Positions 59,336 to 64,000 of a stretch of DNA of 64,000 bases are shown here, in pieces. The stretch is from Eledone cirrhosa. Taxonomy: Eukaryota. The stretch is taken from NCBI GenBank assembly GCA_964016885.1, contig OZ024743.1:144646001-144710000 (forward strand), written 5' to 3'. Both the position numbers and the translations under genes were made by a program. Below the pieces are notes generated by a model. The model did no database searches. It worked only from the letters and a program-made list of their open reading frames with translations, and was not told where the DNA came from. How positions within the stretch are numbered: the stretch's first letter is position 1; each line of letters begins with the position of its first letter.

Positions 59336-60019
59336 TTCAAATTTAATTGTTTCTACGTTAGGCACAAAGCCAGCAAATACCAGTGTATTACTGGTACTAA
59401 ATTGTTTTGATAATTTTTTGTCTGTGTACAAAGTTTTTTCCACATGCTCTTTTAATACACCAAGGCTTTAATTTAAAATTGGTGGTACACCTACATTACA
59501 TTTTATCTTGGATTTTATAGTATACACTTTATATAAATATGCGTGTATGTGTGTGTGTGTGCATGCGTATGCGCGTGTTTATGTGTGTGTGTGCGCGTGT
59601 GTGTGTATGTGTGTGTGTGTGTCAGGTCGCTCCCGAGCGCTATTGGTATTTTGTAATCCAATACAACAAGTTGCATCCTTAGTATTCAGTAACACAAACG
59701 ACCAGCCACGTGAGATAAACATAAACAAAAAACGTTTTTAGAAAGACTGTAACGAAAATCCTTTTTGAAAAGGCTGCAAACACAGATGAAACCGGCTAAA
59801 GAAAACAAACATAGTTTATCGTAAAATGACTTGCCACATTAATACAGGAACCTTCTAAATAACCAAATGGTTAGTCAGTGTATGGAATACTAGATATATG
59901 CAAGATATCCATAGATAAAAAGCAAAGGAAAAAATGCAAAGGAAAAAGCAAAGGAAAAGTGCTCAATCTAGTACAAGAGAGCTTATTTGGTTTATATTAA
60001 ATTTCATACACTTAATAGA

Positions 60020-60147
60020 TATGCGCGACTTTAGGTTTTAGAATCCAGTTTTGGTTACCACTGTATGGTGGAGTGACAAGTTTTAGAACCGCTAATCTAC
60101 CATACAGTGGTAGCCAAAGCTGGATCCCGAAATCTAAGGTCACACAT
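60020..60147. repeat. ~50 bp-arm imperfect inverted repeat
   Basis: atccagttttggttaccactgtatggtgga / tctaccatacagtggtagccaaagctggat. Confidence 0.75.
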
Positions 60148-60233
60148 GCATGTTAAGTGTATGAACTTTAATACAGTTTATATATATATATGTGTGTGTG
60201 TGTGCGTGCGTGTGTGTGTGTATGTGTGTGTGT

Positions 60234-60264
<31 letters not shown>

Positions 60265-60842
60265 TCGTGTTTCTATATATCTTTCTACTAGTAAAAATAA
60301 AGGATAGATAAAAATAATATTGCCTAAAGAATTGATTCCATGACATAGAAGTAATCTGCTCTTCACAGGGAGGATCTGTGGTGATCGAACGACCAGTCAA
60401 ATTGGCAATTGAAATCATGAAATATTCGATTCCCAGCTTTGTCTACGCATGACGTCTCGATAGGTCAACGAATGGTTGACATGCTGAACTTTTTGGCAGT
60501 GACTACAACCCTAAAGCAAGAAAAATGTATGGGGTGCCCGACCTGGAGATAGAGATGATACGAGAGTTGTAACCAAAAAAGTCTATATAATGGAAACAAA
60601 CTTTTCTTCATATGCATATATATATATATATGCATACATTTATATATATATAACAAAGGAATTGTGGTAAGGAACCAGATGGACCATAACGCACCAGAGT
60701 CCTCAATACTTAGGGTAGTAGAGTGGGAAATAGGAAAAACTATGACCCCGACGGCAGAGCTGCAGCCGTTTCGACGGCTATTTCTGAACTCAGAAATAGC
60801 CGTCGAAACGGCCTGAGCTCTGCCGTCGGGGTCAAACTTGTT

Positions 60843-60905
<63 letters not shown>

Positions 60906-61077
60906 ACGGCAACACTCATCTTTTTCCATTTCTCCGAGGGTTATAAACCCCACTATCAGGGTAGAAATTTCTTTAGTCTAAAATACGGTGAAAGCTTATA
61001 ATTTCTAATTTCTAATTTCAAACTCGCGCACCGTTTCAAAAACATACTTACATGTTTACGTTTATAATTTGCTTGTT

Positions 61078-61132
<55 letters not shown>

Positions 61133-61278
61133 GTGTGTGTAGGTGTGTGTGTTTATATATACATATGAATGTATGTGTGCGTGTGTGTGTGTGTATACAT
61201 ATGTTTGTATGCTTCACATGTTTGATATGTGTTTGATATCATAAGATTATAATAATATTTCTTAATTTTCTTTGAAAG

Positions 61279-61494
61279 GAAACCCTAATACTGTCATCAA
61301 TGGTGTTGACTTCAAATGCTCTGAGAATTTCAAGCTATTTGCGGGAATAAAGAATAAAGAAGAATGTCGAACCAAATGCTTGAAAAAAGGATGTTTCGCA
61401 TTTTCATATGCAATGTCTAAGAATGAATGCAAGATTGTGACAAGATTCACAAGAAGATTTTACTTGAAAGGCATTGAGGGAGTCCATTTTGTTG
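61279..61494 (+). CDS. Host gene exon: PAN/Apple-like domain 2
   Basis: tttgaaag| ... |gtacgt; EECRTKCLKKGCFAFSYAMSKNECKI; phase 1 to 1; the gene continues beyond the last exon found. Confidence 0.78.
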
Positions 61495-61537
61495 GTACGT
61501 TATTCCAGTCTCCTCTTCTAGTTTACTTTGTTAATAA

Positions 61538-61840
61538 CACTAGTCAACAAAATTTTGCCTTTTTTCTGCTGACGTAAGTTTGAGACCTGTTCTTGAGTAA
61601 TTTGGAACTGGTGAATTTAAAAAGCGCAATACTTTTTTTCTATCACGTCAAGTTTTCATTTGGCCAACAAGGGCGGTATACAAAATATCCGTGTTTCCTG
61701 TTCATGAGATAGCCGAGCGAAAGACAAACATGAAAACCTGATGTGTTAGGGAAAATGGATGCCATATTTGAAATCAGCACCTTAAAATTAGCAAAGAACA
61801 ACAACAAAACCTAAGTCAGTAAAAAGTGTGTTGACCAGTG
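61538..61840 (+). mobile_element. Non-autonomous Chapaev3-like DNA transposon
   Basis: TIRs CACTAGTCAACA/TGTTGACCAGTG, TAA target duplication on both sides, internal GQQGRYTKYPCFL transposase remnant. Confidence 0.72.
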
Positions 61841-61892
61841 TAATCGCTCTGAAATTATTACATATATAGGTTTGGGAATATCTGAGATAGGT

Positions 61893-62790
61893 TTCTTTAT
61901 TCGCTACGAGAGCGCAAAAGATGGGCCAAATACAAAGCGGGGAGTTTACATATATAAAAATCTAGTAAAAAGGTAATAACAATTAAATACAAACAATCGA
62001 TATCCTCAATAGGGAGGGGGCGTTAACAGGGGTTACCCCCCCCCCCCTCTGAAAAATGTGCAACCCTCCTCTTCAGGAGCACGAAGAGCGAGTGCTCCCT
62101 TCCTCTCTTCTTTCTCCCCTTCCTCAACCTACAGGCTTATATAGAGAGAAGGCCCATTCTCGCTCTTTCACCCACCTTTCATAAATTTTGCTGGGGTACA
62201 GTACCTCTCTCTCCATCATCATTCTTCTTCCAAAATGATATTTGAAAAAAAGAACCAGTTGTTGGCCGGAGAGAAAGGTGTCTGACCTCAGCCCTTTCAA
62301 TTTCGTCCACCATATAACCTCTTTCGCCATAGCCATAACACAGAGGAAGAACCGCCTCTCCTTCGTTTTTGATCGTGACAATGGACTCGGTGGTCAACCG
62401 GATTGGTCCCACCCATGACAATAGTCGTTCTACATAGCCATGCGCGACGGTTTCCTCGATGCCCACGCATCTCGGACAGATCTTTTTCGAAGGGTCCCTG
62501 CCCGGGCGCCCGTGTCTGTAGAGCTTGTCTCGAACAGGTAGATCTCCTCGGGAGCACTGCCAAGTTGGAAGTTGTCCATCGGTCCCTGGCCGAACGTCCT
62601 ACCGAACAGACTGGCTAGTTCATCCTCCTCCATACCCAGAGTTTCTCCGAGAGCGTCGTCGCACTTGCTGCGAATCAACCCTGTATAGAATGTCGAGGTG
62701 GAGTCTCCACTGATTGCCGGGTCCGCTTGTCAGAGGGCCGTGAGCGCCTGGGCACATTCAATGTGTCAGGCGCCCACTTTTCTCGGTCTG
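61893..62790 (-). mobile_element. Tx1-like retrotransposon 3' fragment (copy 2 subfamily)
   Basis: Closely matches 28640-29610. Confidence 0.85.
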
Positions 62791-63054
62791 AGATAGTTGA
62801 AAGATTAGAAATTTAATAGCTAAACTGCAATTTCATTTTAAGATAATTCGCTTCACTGCGATAAATATGGGAATGTTATATTAAACTTTTTTTGCTATCA
62901 TATGTGTTTCATAATACTGAAAATTCGGTTATTGTAATGAATTTTACGAAATCAATTTTCTAGTACTTGTATAATTCAACTAAGCTATTCCTATTGTAGT
63001 CATGTATATACCTAATTAATTTAATCTTTTTTTAATCAACTATTGTATACACAC

Positions 63055-63123
<69 letters not shown>

Positions 63124-63394
63124 AACTAAAATAAACTAAAATAAATAAGTCAAATATTTAAAATTTGGCTTCGTTTATTACTGCTATATATATGTCGGTG
63201 ACAGCCATCTTTGGCTGTGACCTCTTCAGGCAGTCCGAATTAGTGTGGTAGAGACGAGTACACATGTTGTTGAGGTATTTAACTTTGTCAATACTCTGAT
63301 ATGCCCAGTTCCTGGTTGGGTTGTTATTTCACTGAGGAACTGGAATCATATACTGCATACTGAGGTGTTGGTATACAACCAACATATACTCAAA

Positions 63395-63471
<77 letters not shown>

Positions 63472-63554
63472 GGAGGTGAGTTTTATTGTAGTACAATAAA
63501 GCAATGCAGATATCGGATAAGAAGCACTCTACAGTTTGTAGGACTGGAGTATAC

Positions 63555-63876
63555 ATAATATATAAGATCAAAAGATGGTTAAATGAGTTCCATGTATTTT
63601 ATTATGCGCATTTCAAAAACAAATATCATCATGCAATAACATTTGTGTTTTCATCAGATAAAATAGGAGGACATGATATGAAGGTTAAAAACACTTGTGG
63701 ATAGTGCAGTTTTAAATCTGATTTAAAACTGCACTATCCACAAGTGTTTTTTAACCTTCATATCATGTCCTCCTATTTTATCTGATGAAAACACAAATGT
63801 TATTGCATGATATTTCTTTTTTGAAATGCGCATAATAAAATACATGGAACTCTTTTAACCATCTTTTGTTCTTATA

Positions 63877-63882
<6 letters not shown>
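63555..63882. repeat. ~160 bp-arm palindrome with a hammerhead in each arm (63774-63842 plus, ~63595-63665 minus)
   Basis: Centre at ~63719; tattttat-CTGATGA-long stem II-GAAA-TGCGCA-TA-ataaaata; ends in (TA)n. Confidence 0.85.
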
Positions 63883-63975
<93 letters not shown>

Positions 63976-64000
63976 GTATGTGTAAGTGTAAGTATAATGT

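Noticed and set aside
60369-60464. Possible exon after cttcacag
   Set aside because: Stop codons occur in the phase-compatible frame

Overview
Eukaryotic genomic DNA, AT-rich and saturated with microsatellites. Its SINE and repeat content suggests an octopus or other cephalopod (inference). One host gene runs across the window on the + strand: 14 GT-AG exons with compatible phases (12426-61494; 3465 nt, about 1155 aa, open at both ends). They encode a Cys-rich FCGBP/zonadhesin/mucin-like protein: VWD-C8-TIL-TILa/EGF-VWA-EGF-VWD-C8-TIL-TILa/EGF-PAN-PAN. The introns contain decayed mobile elements: Tx1-like, R4/Dong-like, CRE-like and RTE-like non-LTR retrotransposons, Penelope-like elements (PLEs), Chapaev3-like and Tc1-like DNA transposons, a probable Helitron and tRNA-type SINEs. 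The main unexplained structure is about 20 type-I hammerhead-ribozyme (HHR) motifs from several unrelated families. Most sit in short non-coding fold-back or tandem elements inserted in (TA)n, including a retrozyme-like repeat with a ~420 bp period and a family folded back at the presumed ribozyme stem II. Separately, three divergent Tx1 copies conserve a 5' splice-site consensus over the ORF1 stop codon, 37-38 nt before the ORF2 ATG. All calls were made by eye; no searches or folding programs were run.
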